DNA from: a virus
Reading direction: 5' to 3' (one strand)
Length of the DNA: 64,000 bases
Virus record (IMG/VR): IMGVR_UViG_3300005253_000361
Span: 32,001 to 96,000 of that record
The translations under genes and the position numbers were made by a program. Position 1 is the stretch's first letter. Each line of letters starts with the position of its first letter. The notes beneath the pieces are model-generated. The model was not told the DNA's origin. It did not search any database and saw only the letters and a program-made list of their open reading frames with translations. Positions 1 to 9,009 of this stretch are shown here, piece after piece.

Positions 1-18
1 AGGGTACCTGCCCCACAT

Positions 19-303
19 ATGGTCAGTGAGGGCGACACGTACATAGCCCCCCCTTGGCGAGAGCCCGAGCAAGTCTTCCTCGTTATCGCGTACTGCGATC
101 CCGAGGCTGGCGCCAAAATTCACGGCGTCTTTACCACTCGAGAGAGGGCCGAAGAGGCTGCCGAGATCGCCAACGATTCGCGAGAGAACGGCTCTATCCT
201 GAGCGACGCCGAGATCGTAGAGGTGGCGGTCGACGCAGTATGGAGCATCGACCCAGGACTACGAGAAGCCCCACCGGAGGAGGCGGCGACAGATGAACAT
301 TGA
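19..303 (+). CDS. hypothetical phage protein (acidic)
   Basis: 94-aa ORF, first of a chain of overlapping small plus-strand ORFs. Confidence 0.6.
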   Translation: MVSEGDTYIAPPWREPEQVFLVIAYCDPEAGAKIHGVFTTRERAEEAAEIANDSRENGSILSDAEIVEVAVDAVWSIDPGLREAPPEEAATDEH

Positions 304-466
304 GAGGACGCCAAGTACAGCCACAGAGGCCGTTACGCAGTATATGGCGCAAGAGGGTGAAGGATATCTGTCGGAGACGGCACCTGGGGTCATCACCGTA
401 TTTCTAGATGGGGGGAGGACCCAGATCTGGCCGCTAGCGGAACAGGAGGTGAAGGATGACGCTTGA
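293..466 (+). CDS. hypothetical protein (57 aa, not in ORF track)
   Basis: ATG at 293 after GGAGGAGG; MNIERTPSTATEAVTQ...KDDA; overlaps both neighbours. Confidence 0.55.
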   Translation: MNIERTPSTATEAVTQYMAQEGEGYLSETAPGVITVFLDGGRTQIWPLAEQEVKDDA

Positions 467-758
467 GGGACCACATCAGCGTAAGGCGCTGGACCAGGGG
501 GGTGACGCGCGCTGGCCAGACGAGACCTCCGCGCCGCGTTTCAGCTGTTGGAGGCGGCGAATGGTCACCCCTGAGGAGCTGGCCGTCTGGGGGACTGACA
601 ACTCTAGCGTGCCCCCAGCTGCCCTGACGCTAGAGGTGCTCGACGAAATGTTACTGAAGGGGCTGAGACAACAGCTACGCCAGCCCTGTCTGCGGTACGA
701 CCACCGCTTCGGGCTGCTGCCGTTTAGCTTCGTCCGGCGCGGGAAGGGAGTGACGTGA
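456..758 (+). CDS. hypothetical protein
   Basis: AGGAGG RBS upstream; overlaps next ORF (GTGA). Confidence 0.5.
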   Translation: MTLEGPHQRKALDQGGDARWPDETSAPRFSCWRRRMVTPEELAVWGTDNSSVPPAALTLEVLDEMLLKGLRQQLRQPCLRYDHRFGLLPFSFVRRGKGVT

Positions 759-967
759 GCGTGGACCGGGGGGCGGGGAGTCAGTTCCTGACCGATATCG
801 GAAGAGGTTTCGATGTCATCGGCGAGGCTGTTGCGACGGGGGAGCTGTTCCGATGGATTGCCGTGTGGTGTATTTTTGCCGCCGCGACAGCCGCGGCCGG
901 CCCCCTGCTGGGATCAGCTCTCGCGTTGGCGTTGCTCTGGGTGGCCACGGAGGTACCGGATGAGTGA
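755..967 (+). CDS. small membrane protein
   Basis: hydrophobic C-terminal half (WIAVWCIFAAATAAAGPLLGSALALALLWV). Confidence 0.6.
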   Translation: MSVDRGAGSQFLTDIGRGFDVIGEAVATGELFRWIAVWCIFAAATAAAGPLLGSALALALLWVATEVPDE

Positions 968-1052
968 TCTGGCGTATGACGTGTTGTCGCTTATCGCCGT
1001 CGCTATTTGGGTTCTGGCTTTCGGCATTCACATGAACAGAAGGGTGACGTGA
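960..1052 (+). CDS. 30-aa single-TM peptide
   Basis: GGAGG RBS; MSDLAYDVLSLIAVAIWVLAFGIHMNRRVT; overlaps both neighbours. Confidence 0.45.
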   Translation: MSDLAYDVLSLIAVAIWVLAFGIHMNRRVT

Positions 1053-1426
1053 TGCGAAACAGTCTACTGATCAGCCTCGCGATAGCGGGGCTCGTGATAT
1101 GTTCTGTCGCGCTGTCGGTGGTTGTGACGGCTACTGCGACGGCGGAAGCCCAGCAGGATCCCCAGCAAGAGACCGGGATGTTCCGTGTCGGGTACGCCTA
1201 CACGACGTACAGTTACGCTGCCCGGGACGACTTGGCCTGCGGCCTTGTGGTTCTCGAGACGCGAGAGAACTGGATCCGAGTCAAGAAATTGAGGAACTCC
1301 TCCAACTGTATGCTCCGTTGGATCGTTCTTCTTGACGCCACAAAGTCGCGTTTTAGGGACGGCAGAGGGGTATGGATCAACTCCGATCATCTTCTGAGCG
1401 TTGTCGAGCGGCTCAAAGTTGAGTAA
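1052..1426 (+). CDS. secreted or membrane-anchored hypothetical protein
   Basis: MRNSLLISLAIAGLVICSVALSVVV...AEA signal-peptide-like N-terminus. Confidence 0.65.
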   Translation: MRNSLLISLAIAGLVICSVALSVVVTATATAEAQQDPQQETGMFRVGYAYTTYSYAARDDLACGLVVLETRENWIRVKKLRNSSNCMLRWIVLLDATKSRFRDGRGVWINSDHLLSVVERLKVE

Positions 1427-1430
1427 GCAG

Positions 1431-1628
1431 ATGGACCCACTCTGGGACACCACGATCAGCACGGAAGGCGGAGCCGCTCTAACGCCGGAGATCTGGGACG
1501 AGGGCTGCCGGCTCGGGCGGGAGAGGATGCGGCATCCACCGCGCTGGATCCACTTTGAGCCCCGGACGGGCGGGATATTCTCGGCCGTGTTTCGGCGGCT
1601 CCGGTGGAACCCCAGGATCCAGGACTGA
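1431..1628 (+). CDS. hypothetical protein
   Basis: ATG 4 nt after the previous stop; last plus-strand ORF before the convergence point. Confidence 0.45.
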   Translation: MDPLWDTTISTEGGAALTPEIWDEGCRLGRERMRHPPRWIHFEPRTGGIFSAVFRRLRWNPRIQD

Positions 1629-1694
1629 ATTGGACTGCTGATCAGTCTCAGGCCACGCCCAGCCTGGGTTTCCAGAGTCATCAGGCGAAGAATC

Positions 1695-1737
1695 ATGGAC
1701 TCAATGGACCGAAACAACGGTCTATTGAGTCCATTTT
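1695..1737. terminator. long hairpin at convergence of plus- and minus-strand gene blocks (probable terminator)
   Basis: ATGGACTCAATGGACCG-aaacaa-CGGTCTATTGAGTCCAT, 17-bp stem with one G-U pair, followed by TTT on the plus strand. Confidence 0.7.
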
Positions 1738-1785
1738 GGCGTTCAGGGGTGCGGCAGAAGGGGTTGTGCCGTGTAACCCGCGGCC

Positions 1786-2421
1786 CTAGCGGGTCCTGCG
1801 GAGCCATCCTTTATACAGGGGGCTACCCATGAACTTCCGGGTAATCTGGATCAGAATCTCGTGATCGTTCATCAGGTTCTGGGGCCAATCGCCAGGGCGG
1901 TAGCGCTTGATCGGCACCGGTGAGATCCGGTGGAGGATGTGGTGGAGGAATTCGTGGATCACGATCTCGTCACCGAGCTGCCACACGTACACCTCAGCTA
2001 GCTCATCCGAAAGGCTCCCGGGGGTGTTGAATCCAATCAGGATGAGGCACTCAAAGTCCTGGACGACATCCCGGAGAAAGTTCTGCCCAAAGATCTTTAC
2101 CGCCACCGCCTCGAAGTCCACGAACCGCAGCTGACGCAGTACGAGCCGGTCGGGCATCTCGACACCGGGGAACGCACTGAACAGGAGTCGGATGAGCTGC
2201 CCGTACCGTTCCGCATCGGGGGTGGGGAAGCTGGGATCGTACTCGAGGTAGCCGAAATCGCCGAGCGGTAGCCGGGCCAGTTCAACCCCCGAGAGCGGGG
2301 CGCTGTACTGCGGAGCGGGTGGGGCCGCGGCCGCCGCAAGGCTGGCCGGCAGACACGCGAGAAGCGTAAGGGCCGGCAGCAGATTTTTGCACGTTCGTGT
2401 CATCAGAATCACCTGGTACAA
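1786..2421 (-). CDS. secreted protein with HEXXH zinc-metallopeptidase-like motif
   Basis: signal peptide LLPALTLLACLPASLAAAA; IVIHEFLHHILH; true start may be a few codons downstream. Confidence 0.6.
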   Translation of the reverse strand: MYQVILMTRTCKNLLPALTLLACLPASLAAAAAPPAPQYSAPLSGVELARLPLGDFGYLEYDPSFPTPDAERYGQLIRLLFSAFPGVEMPDRLVLRQLRFVDFEAVAVKIFGQNFLRDVVQDFECLILIGFNTPGSLSDELAEVYVWQLGDEIVIHEFLHHILHRISPVPIKRYRPGDWPQNLMNDHEILIQITRKFMGSPLYKGWLRRTR

Positions 2422-2454
2422 AGATAACGATCGGGGAGGGGGGGAGACAACGAA

Positions 2455-2631
2455 CTACTCCCCGGGCCGCGTACTTTCTGTGGCGCAATCTACCGACACC
2501 GCGATCTTGCAGGCATCCACTCGCCCGACCGCATCGAGCTGATCAGCTACTGCCCGATCCTCACGGCGGCGTAACCACCTATGCCACATGCACGGCCTCC
2601 AGTCGGTTACGCCCTTCTTGAAGCGCGCCAT
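2455..2631 (-). CDS. hypothetical protein
   Basis: MARFKKGVTDWRPC...; ATG follows GAGGG just after the metallophosphoesterase stop. Confidence 0.4.
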   Translation of the reverse strand: MARFKKGVTDWRPCMWHRWLRRREDRAVADQLDAVGRVDACKIAVSVDCATESTRPGE

Positions 2632-2635
2632 CCCT

Positions 2636-4045
2636 CTATCGGTCCAGCTGGAGACCGGTGTTGTCAGTCGCGATCTCGACGTTGTGGACGAACATCGCGG
2701 CCTGACCACGTTCCTGGCTCCACAGGTAGGCCTCCGCACCCCGGTAGCTCTTGTAGCCCATCCCGTTTGCCCAGGCCGAAGGTGCCGACAGGGTCGGCAT
2801 GATCCGGGTCACGACTCCGTAGGCGTCGTCATACAGGACGTGGGTGGTGCCCTTCCGGTGGTGCTTATCACCGATGTGGAACTCGCAGTATCGAGCCTGG
2901 GCCCATAGCTGCCGGGCCTCGGTCGCCATGATCTCCCCGTAGTGCTTCTGGTTCACAGCACTTTCCCGGCCGTGCGTGAACCCCAAGAGGGTGTTGCCGT
3001 ACAGGAGGTACTTACGAGGGCTGGCCGAATTGTCCACCTGGACGTCCTCGACCCGGTCGTACGCGACCTCCAGGACCTCGCCGAGAGCGAAGCTCAGAAG
3101 CGGGTCGTGGTTGCCCGGGATCACTTTGACGATCACGGGAGCAATAGCACGGCACCGGTCAATGGCCCACCGGTTGAGCCGCTGCCCCTCCCGAAACATC
3201 TTCTGGTGCCGGGTGTCCATGTCCTGGGGGGTGCCGTCGGCCGTGGTGCCGTGGATGTTGTCTGAGTTGAAGAAGTCGTTGCCGGCGACCCAGAGGATCT
3301 GGTCCACGTCGAACCTGGAAGCCTTGGCCAGCAGGTCCTCGACCGCCTCCCGGAACATGCGGCGCTGGATCGTGAGGTCCCAGTCCGCGCCAGTCTCTTC
3401 CGCCCACGCGAGGCTGCAGAGGTGGAAGTCCGCCAGGTGCATCTCCAGCAGGTGGGGTTCGTCATACTGCTGCACCGCCGACTGGCGCTGGAACCATTCG
3501 GTGTCCCGAGTCGCCAGATCAGCCAGGATGTCAGCCTTAGCCTGATCGGCGAAGACCTGCACTCGCTCGATGGGGCGCTTGAGCCCGAACTTGGCATAGA
3601 CCTGCCAGTTGTCCGCCGGCACGAGCTCATCGCCGATCTTGGCCGTGACGGTCCAGACGTTCTCCTTGAAGTCCGTGATCTGGTAGGTCTCGAGATCATG
3701 AGCACAGCCGCGGTCGCGGGCATGCGCCAGGAGCTCCTCAATGTTTGTGATGTTGGCACTTCGGCTGGTCAGCACGACCGACCCGTCCGGAGCTACGGTT
3801 CGCTCAAGCTTTGGACCCTTGTTGATACTCTCCCGGATACCGTCCGACAGTAGAGGGCCGACGGTCTCGTCCCGAATGAGATCGATCAACTTGAGCCGCA
3901 CCGCCTTGGGGGTGCGCTCGGGGTTGCGGAAGATTGGTGCGAGCTCCTCTGCTGCAGCAACGAGCGACTCAGCGTCCCGAACGGTCTCCCATTCACGCTT
4001 GATCTGGTCGAGCTGCCCAGAGGATTCCCAGGACTTCATTCCCAT
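2636..4045 (-). CDS. calcineurin-like metallophosphoesterase (phage type) with N-terminal extension
   Basis: motifs ADFH, AGNDFF, PGNHD, FTHG, GDKHH in the canonical order. Confidence 0.85.
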   Translation of the reverse strand: MGMKSWESSGQLDQIKREWETVRDAESLVAAAEELAPIFRNPERTPKAVRLKLIDLIRDETVGPLLSDGIRESINKGPKLERTVAPDGSVVLTSRSANITNIEELLAHARDRGCAHDLETYQITDFKENVWTVTAKIGDELVPADNWQVYAKFGLKRPIERVQVFADQAKADILADLATRDTEWFQRQSAVQQYDEPHLLEMHLADFHLCSLAWAEETGADWDLTIQRRMFREAVEDLLAKASRFDVDQILWVAGNDFFNSDNIHGTTADGTPQDMDTRHQKMFREGQRLNRWAIDRCRAIAPVIVKVIPGNHDPLLSFALGEVLEVAYDRVEDVQVDNSASPRKYLLYGNTLLGFTHGRESAVNQKHYGEIMATEARQLWAQARYCEFHIGDKHHRKGTTHVLYDDAYGVVTRIMPTLSAPSAWANGMGYKSYRGAEAYLWSQERGQAAMFVHNVEIATDNTGLQLDR

Positions 4046-4112
4046 GATGAGCTCCTTCCCCTCAGTCGTTATGGTGAGGGCGCCGGCCGTTCCCCAGCCG
4101 GCACCCCCGGGA

Positions 4113-4289
4113 TTACGCTTCCTGCTTTGCGTTCGCGGTGATGCGAGTCACCACGTCAGCGATCGCGATGATGTCGTTGACGTCACCGTCGTCGATCTTT
4201 CGCGACAGGTACTCGAAGATCTTCTCGAGCAATACCGGGATCAGGTCCTCCAGAACCTCTGCGAGGACCCGAGCGAGATACTTCTTCAC
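4113..4289 (-). CDS. small amphipathic protein in lysis cassette (58 aa, not in ORF track)
   Basis: AGGAGG RBS, GTG start overlapping the endolysin stop; VKKYLARVLAEVLEDLIPVLLEKIFEYL... Confidence 0.6.
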   Translation of the reverse strand: MKKYLARVLAEVLEDLIPVLLEKIFEYLSRKIDDGDVNDIIAIADVVTRITANAKQEA

Positions 4290-4831
4290 GGGGTACCACC
4301 TCCTTGAGACGGGCCCAGGCCCGCGGTACTGAACTGGATAGCCAGGTCTATCGAGACCTCGACCCAGTCAATGTAGAAAAGCTTCCTCGGGGGGCCTTCT
4401 TCCCAAGGGCAGGTGTCGACGTGGAGCCGGTTCTCCCGGCTGTAGAGGCAGAGGCGGTCCCACACGAGATCTTCCGGATTGCGGGCGATCGTGCGGAGCA
4501 TGATCTGAGCCGGGATGTCGTGCACGTAGAAGTCGGCCGCGAGTCCCAGTAGGTGGCGCCGCATCCGGGAGACCTTCCCGTCCGTCACCACCCGGTCCAG
4601 CGCCTCGGACCGGAGCCAACTGTTCATGATGAACCGATGGTCTAAGCGGTTTCGGGCCGGCTGTAGGAACTCATGCGTGAGCCGCATGAAGTTCACGGTC
4701 TGCTGCCCGGTCAGTTGGTCAGGGGTGGTCTGGAGCTCGGGATGCTCCCTCGATCGCAACACTTCCGCGAGCGTGAAGTCGCGCGCGATCCGGATCTGGG
4801 CCGGGTCAGGCGTCGGCACCGGCAGCCTCAT
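4286..4831 (-). CDS. peptidase M15A-family endolysin
   Basis: FTLAEV..S N-terminal motif, SWLR, RHLLGLAADF (H..D) and LHVD zinc ligands; start reassigned to ATG 4831. Confidence 0.8.
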   Translation of the reverse strand: MRLPVPTPDPAQIRIARDFTLAEVLRSREHPELQTTPDQLTGQQTVNFMRLTHEFLQPARNRLDHRFIMNSWLRSEALDRVVTDGKVSRMRRHLLGLAADFYVHDIPAQIMLRTIARNPEDLVWDRLCLYSRENRLHVDTCPWEEGPPRKLFYIDWVEVSIDLAIQFSTAGLGPSQGGGTP

Positions 4832-5099
4832 CCGGCTCGGGGGCGTCTCCCTCGGGGGCCTCCGGCACGACCTCGACCAACTTAGTGAGATCGAGTCCCT
4901 GCATCGTCTGGCGGAACTGAACCGGGGTGTCGGGGTTGATCCCGATGTCTTCCTTGATGTCCTCGATAATCTGCAGGTGGCGCGACTGGTTCTCGCGCAT
5001 GATGGCCGCCATCGCGGCCCGCTGGATCTTGCTGGTCTTCCAGCTCTGTGACTTCTTGGTGGTGGGCTTCTTCGCGGGCTTCTTCGGTGCGCGTGGCAT
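4806..5099 (-). CDS. hypothetical protein (basic N-terminus, acidic C-terminus)
   Basis: AGGAGGGGG RBS; lies between holin and endolysin. Confidence 0.65.
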   Translation of the reverse strand: MPRAPKKPAKKPTTKKSQSWKTSKIQRAAMAAIMRENQSRHLQIIEDIKEDIGINPDTPVQFRQTMQGLDLTKLVEVVPEAPEGDAPEPDEAAGADA

Positions 5100-5117
5100 T
5101 GCTCCCCCTCCTGTTGG

Positions 5118-5381
5118 TTACAGCCGGTCGAGTAGCCGTTCCAGCACTCGACGCGTGTCCTTCTGGACAAGACTGGATTCCTGAATCACTTCGGAGTTGC
5201 GGTGGACCGCAGACTCCAGATGTTGTATGTGGTTACCCATCAGGGTCGCCAACGTGACGTTCTGCTCCTTCTGGTCCACGCTGTGCCGGCTGGCCAACCT
5301 GTACATCAGGTACCCGAACCCAAGCGACACCGCCACAATCGGCGGTGCGTACTTGACAAGTTCGAGCAGGTAGGTTTCCAC
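5118..5381 (-). CDS. putative holin (single N-terminal TM plus coiled coil, BhlA-like architecture)
   Basis: one TM helix (PIVAVSLGFGYLMY) then a heptad-like tail; upstream of the endolysin. Confidence 0.6.
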   Translation of the reverse strand: METYLLELVKYAPPIVAVSLGFGYLMYRLASRHSVDQKEQNVTLATLMGNHIQHLESAVHRNSEVIQESSLVQKDTRRVLERLLDRL

Positions 5382-5410
5382 GGAGCGTTGTCCTCAGTCG
5401 GTAGGGTTGG

Positions 5411-6280
5411 TTAACCTACAGTCAAACCTATACCGGTGAGCCAGGCGGAATCCATCAAACTCTCACGGATCCGATAGGTCTCCTGGCCCACCAGATCGTG
5501 GAAGATTTCCGGTACCGCGGAGGATATATCCCACGGTCCTGGATCAGCCTCTACGCGCCCCCCCGCGGGGGTGTAGACCCGGATCCCCCGGTCCCACACT
5601 TCTTGCGCACGCCGGTACGCCGCCGCCCGAACCTCGTGCCCGACAGCGTAGAACTCAGCATGCTGGCGGGCCCGCACGACATCGCCGGCCGGGAAGCAGT
5701 TATGGAGATGCTGCAGCTGGATCGAGCACCTACATTCGGGAGGTAAGTTGTGAGAGGTGAATCCGGTACGCTGCGGGTCCTTACCCCGGCGGTGGAAACA
5801 GTCGCCGCCATCCCGACTCTGTAGGTCGGGGAAGTAGCGGAAGCACCGGACCGTCTGATAGACATAAGCCTCGGGGTTGTGTTTCCAGCATGAGGTCGTG
5901 ATGAGCGGTTGCCGAAGGGAGTTGAAACCGGCGGCGTCCGCCCACCGGAGGCCCGTGAGGAACCGATCGTGGTCCCGCGGGTGCAGGTAACCGTCGGCCC
6001 CCATGGAGAGTACCCAGCCGTCATCGACCAGGTGGAGGGCCCGCTCCCAGGGTTCATCCAGCCCCTGCCAGTGCGTACCCTCGTGATGGGGAAATTCAGT
6101 GACCTCGATCCGGGGGAATGCGTCGGCGAGCTCACGGCAGGCCTCGAGCGTCCCGTCGGTGGAGCCGCCGTCGTTGATGATCAGGCGATCCACCAGCGGA
6201 AGCATGAGCACGACGCACTCAACCCACGGGAACATCGCCTCGGTGGTGTTGCGGATGTTGAACAGGCCAGTTATTTTCAT
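5411..6280 (-). CDS. glycosyltransferase family 2
   Basis: IINDGGSTDGT motif, MGADG at the DxD position; start reassigned to ATG 6280 (ATGA overlap). Confidence 0.85.
   Translation of the reverse strand: MKITGLFNIRNTTEAMFPWVECVVLMLPLVDRLIINDGGSTDGTLEACRELADAFPRIEVTEFPHHEGTHWQGLDEPWERALHLVDDGWVLSMGADGYLHPRDHDRFLTGLRWADAAGFNSLRQPLITTSCWKHNPEAYVYQTVRCFRYFPDLQSRDGGDCFHRRGKDPQRTGFTSHNLPPECRCSIQLQHLHNCFPAGDVVRARQHAEFYAVGHEVRAAAYRRAQEVWDRGIRVYTPAGGRVEADPGPWDISSAVPEIFHDLVGQETYRIRESLMDSAWLTGIGLTVG
5425..5466 (-). promoter_or_regulatory. putative late promoter (copy before lysis cassette)
   Basis: GTGAGAGTT-tga-TGGATT-N18-TAGGTT, inside the 3' end of the GT2 gene. Confidence 0.6.
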
Positions 6281-6630
6281 GTCAGCCAGGCGTGGTTCGG
6301 CTGGGACCGCACCCTCCGGAGTCCCCCTTCGAGCTCCTCTACTCGGAGCTCCAGAGCCGCAAAGCGCTTCTCCCACGCTTGCGCCTCAGGCGAACGCAAT
6401 CCGGAGGCCGTCCCGTCACAGTGCCCGCAGCTGGACCCGGAAGTGGGGTCCACTCCATGGGGGCAGCTCACGGGCAGGGGAGTCGTGCGGGTGATCCACT
6501 CCTTCTCCCGCCAGGGCTTGCCACCGTTCGGGTGGTAATCCCCGCAGAAGTCACAGGCGAAACCCAAGCCATAGTCCACCTGGTAATAGAGGCCTTGTCC
6601 GCAGTCATCACACCGTCCTAGATGGCTCAT
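6277..6630 (-). CDS. Cys-rich zinc-finger protein with C-terminal coiled coil
   Basis: CDDC, CDFC, CPH, CGHC motifs; ATGA overlaps. Confidence 0.65.
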   Translation of the reverse strand: MSHLGRCDDCGQGLYYQVDYGLGFACDFCGDYHPNGGKPWREKEWITRTTPLPVSCPHGVDPTSGSSCGHCDGTASGLRSPEAQAWEKRFAALELRVEELEGGLRRVRSQPNHAWLT

Positions 6631-6875
6631 GCTGGGTTCCTCGGTAGCGAGATCACCTCCTCATCCCCGCCGGGTGACCAAGCTGCGTAGACGTAGTAGA
6701 GCGACCAAGCGGCAAAGTAAAAGTCGCAGGGTTTGGACCCTGGGTGCCGCTCCAGCTCGACAACGTCCACAAGGGCCTCTCCATTACACTCCATCTCCTC
6801 AGCGAGCAGCTTGTTCCAGCTGGTGGTACGGCCGTAGCCGGCGTTCATCTCCCGGTCCATGTCGGGGTCGCTCAT
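6627..6875 (-). CDS. hypothetical phage protein
   Basis: ATGA-coupled ORF ending SLPRNPA. Confidence 0.65.
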   Translation of the reverse strand: MSDPDMDREMNAGYGRTTSWNKLLAEEMECNGEALVDVVELERHPGSKPCDFYFAAWSLYYVYAAWSPGGDEEVISLPRNPA

Positions 6876-7336
6876 GCCGCATCCTTAGTCGTAATATCCT
6901 CGGCCCGGATGACGAATTCCAGGCCGCTCAACTCCTGCGTCGCCGGCACCTTGACCCGCACCAGACCTTTCCCCTGGCGGTTGAATACATTGACCACCTC
7001 GACTTTCACGGTTCCGACCTGCCCCACCTCGAGCCCCGGGGTTTCTCGGGCCTGCACGAGAGCCCGCCACTCGATCATCTCATCGTACGAAAGGGAATCA
7101 GCGCCCGACTGACTCCAGAAGAACGCACGCCCCAAGTGGCACTCCCGCAGCAGAGCCTCCCTAGAAACCTCGGAGTCAATCTGAACCTCTGCGTCCCGGT
7201 CGAGCATCAAGCGATACATGCCGCCCGGTATACTGGTATGGATCGGAACGTCCACCACGGCGCAGCCTTCGAAATTACGTGGGCAATGCACAACTGCAGG
7301 AATCCGTACTGTCGTACCGACCTTGAGCTCGCTCAT
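6872..7336 (-). CDS. hypothetical protein
   Basis: AGGAGG RBS, ATGA-coupled. Confidence 0.65.
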   Translation of the reverse strand: MSELKVGTTVRIPAVVHCPRNFEGCAVVDVPIHTSIPGGMYRLMLDRDAEVQIDSEVSREALLRECHLGRAFFWSQSGADSLSYDEMIEWRALVQARETPGLEVGQVGTVKVEVVNVFNRQGKGLVRVKVPATQELSGLEFVIRAEDITTKDAA

Positions 7337-7482
7337 GCCGCATCCTCCTTCTGCGCCTCGGCCAGGAGGGCATCCGCGATATCAAGCGCCTTCTTGGCCG
7401 CCACCTCGACCGCCACATAAGTTTCAGCCGGGTTAGCGGCGAGCCCCGCCATCACGAAAACTGCAATCTCGAGACGGTTCAT
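7333..7482 (-). CDS. hypothetical protein (49 aa, not in ORF track)
   Basis: MNRLEIAVFVMAGLAANP...ALDIADALLAEAQKEDAA; ATGA-coupled on both sides. Confidence 0.6.
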   Translation of the reverse strand: MNRLEIAVFVMAGLAANPAETYVAVEVAAKKALDIADALLAEAQKEDAA

Positions 7483-7796
7483 CGGCCGGGGTCCACGCTG
7501 CGCCCGGGATCCACCTGATCCATCGGGCCACCCGTGACCGACGCCGACTTGGTCGGGATCGCGTCGGCCGTCAGATCGGGAGCCTCGACAACCTCATAGT
7601 TCTTCACCCGGTCGGTGTCGAACCATTCTTGGGAGGCCGTGACGGCACCCGTATCCCTGCTTACCACACCGCACTCCAGCATCACGCGAGCGCACCCGTG
7701 CAGCCAGTACGTGATCGCCAGCGCGATCCCCTGGAAGCCCGTGACGGGGTCCCGGTAGGTCTTGCCAAGCGTGATTCCTGTGTTGGGCATACTCAT
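7479..7796 (-). CDS. conserved-type phage hypothetical protein
   Basis: LGKTYRDPVTGFQGIA..ITYWLHGC pattern; AAGGAAG RBS before ATG 7796. Confidence 0.65.
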   Translation of the reverse strand: MSMPNTGITLGKTYRDPVTGFQGIALAITYWLHGCARVMLECGVVSRDTGAVTASQEWFDTDRVKNYEVVEAPDLTADAIPTKSASVTGGPMDQVDPGRSVDPGR

Positions 7797-7854
7797 GATT
7801 TCCACTTCCTTTTGGTTGTAGTCGCCCTGACTCACCCTGGAGCCGAGTACGAAC

Positions 7855-9009
7855 TTATGCTGTCGGTTGTTGGCGAATTGCGTCTTCTGGAGATTGAGCC
7901 CGAGCCAAGTGCTGCTGGATCGCCGCCATGGAGGTCCCGTTACCCTCAACTACACCGGCATACTCGTCAGCCTCACGCGCGGCCACAGGAAAGAACCGCA
8001 GAAACAGATCCCTCACCTGCTCGGGGCCCGGGCCTTCAATCTCCCAACGCTGATCTATGCGTCCGGCACGCACCAGCGGCGCCGGTAGAAGGTCTGCATC
8101 GTTGGCGGTGATAACCAGTAGCCGCCCCTCGGACGCGAGCGGCCCATCTATCGTGTTGAGCAGCCCTGCCAGCGTGACGCTCGTGTCGGTGCCGAAGTCG
8201 ATCTTCTCGATGTCCTCCAGCACCACCAGTGATCGCCCCGGCAACTGCGCCATGGCGCGAGCCAACGTGGCGTCATTGAAGTCATCCCCCTGCGACAGCG
8301 TGAGCACATACAGGGGCATTTGGTAGTGGCCGGCGATCGCCTGGACGAGCGAAGACTTGCCGTTTCCAGGGGGCCCCACGAGCAGGTATCCACGCCGATA
8401 CGGCAAACCCCGTTCCACGTGCCACGATCGAGCGTTCCGGAACCAATCAACATCATCGACGATCTCGTCCATCAGACCGGGGCGCAGCACTACCGATTCG
8501 AGTGGTCGCGGTTCGCCGACACGGATCTGTGACCATCCACCGTTCTGGTTATTGATGTACGCGACCTGCTTGCCGCGGCGGCGCAACATTGCCGCATCGA
8601 CCACGTCGTGCACGAGGGCTCGAATCGGGGACGGATCACGTCCCAGCGCTCGCAGGGTGATGGTCCGAGCCTTGGCGCCGGCATAGCCAACCTCTTCGAG
8701 AGTCTGGTGAAGAAGACACCAACGATTCTCGTAACGGAACACGTGCACGCCAAGGCCGGGCTCGAGCACCGCACGCGGCTCGTCTCGTTCGCCCTCGTAA
8801 GCCACGAACCCCGACAGCCTCCGGCAGCTACGGCCGTAGCTGGTCTCGGCGAGCCACTCGCCCATCCAACGCACGAACTCGGTGTCCATCGTGTAGAAGG
8901 ACGCGGTAAAGAATCTATCGAACACGTAGCGGGGCAGGTAGCGCACCGCAGCGGCTGCGGCACCGAGCGCCATGAGGTACAGACCGCCCTCGAAGAACTG
9001 GTTCTCCAT
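7855..9009 (-). CDS. Bcs1-like membrane-anchored AAA+ ATPase
   Basis: N-terminal TM NQFFEGGLYLMALG; PGLGVHVFRY; RPLESVVL; RGLPYRRGYLLVGPPGNGKSS (Walker A); LEDIE (Walker B); GLLNTIDG; RAGRID. Confidence 0.85.
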   Translation of the reverse strand: MENQFFEGGLYLMALGAAAAAVRYLPRYVFDRFFTASFYTMDTEFVRWMGEWLAETSYGRSCRRLSGFVAYEGERDEPRAVLEPGLGVHVFRYENRWCLLHQTLEEVGYAGAKARTITLRALGRDPSPIRALVHDVVDAAMLRRRGKQVAYINNQNGGWSQIRVGEPRPLESVVLRPGLMDEIVDDVDWFRNARSWHVERGLPYRRGYLLVGPPGNGKSSLVQAIAGHYQMPLYVLTLSQGDDFNDATLARAMAQLPGRSLVVLEDIEKIDFGTDTSVTLAGLLNTIDGPLASEGRLLVITANDADLLPAPLVRAGRIDQRWEIEGPGPEQVRDLFLRFFPVAAREADEYAGVVEGNGTSMAAIQQHLARAQSPEDAIRQQPTA

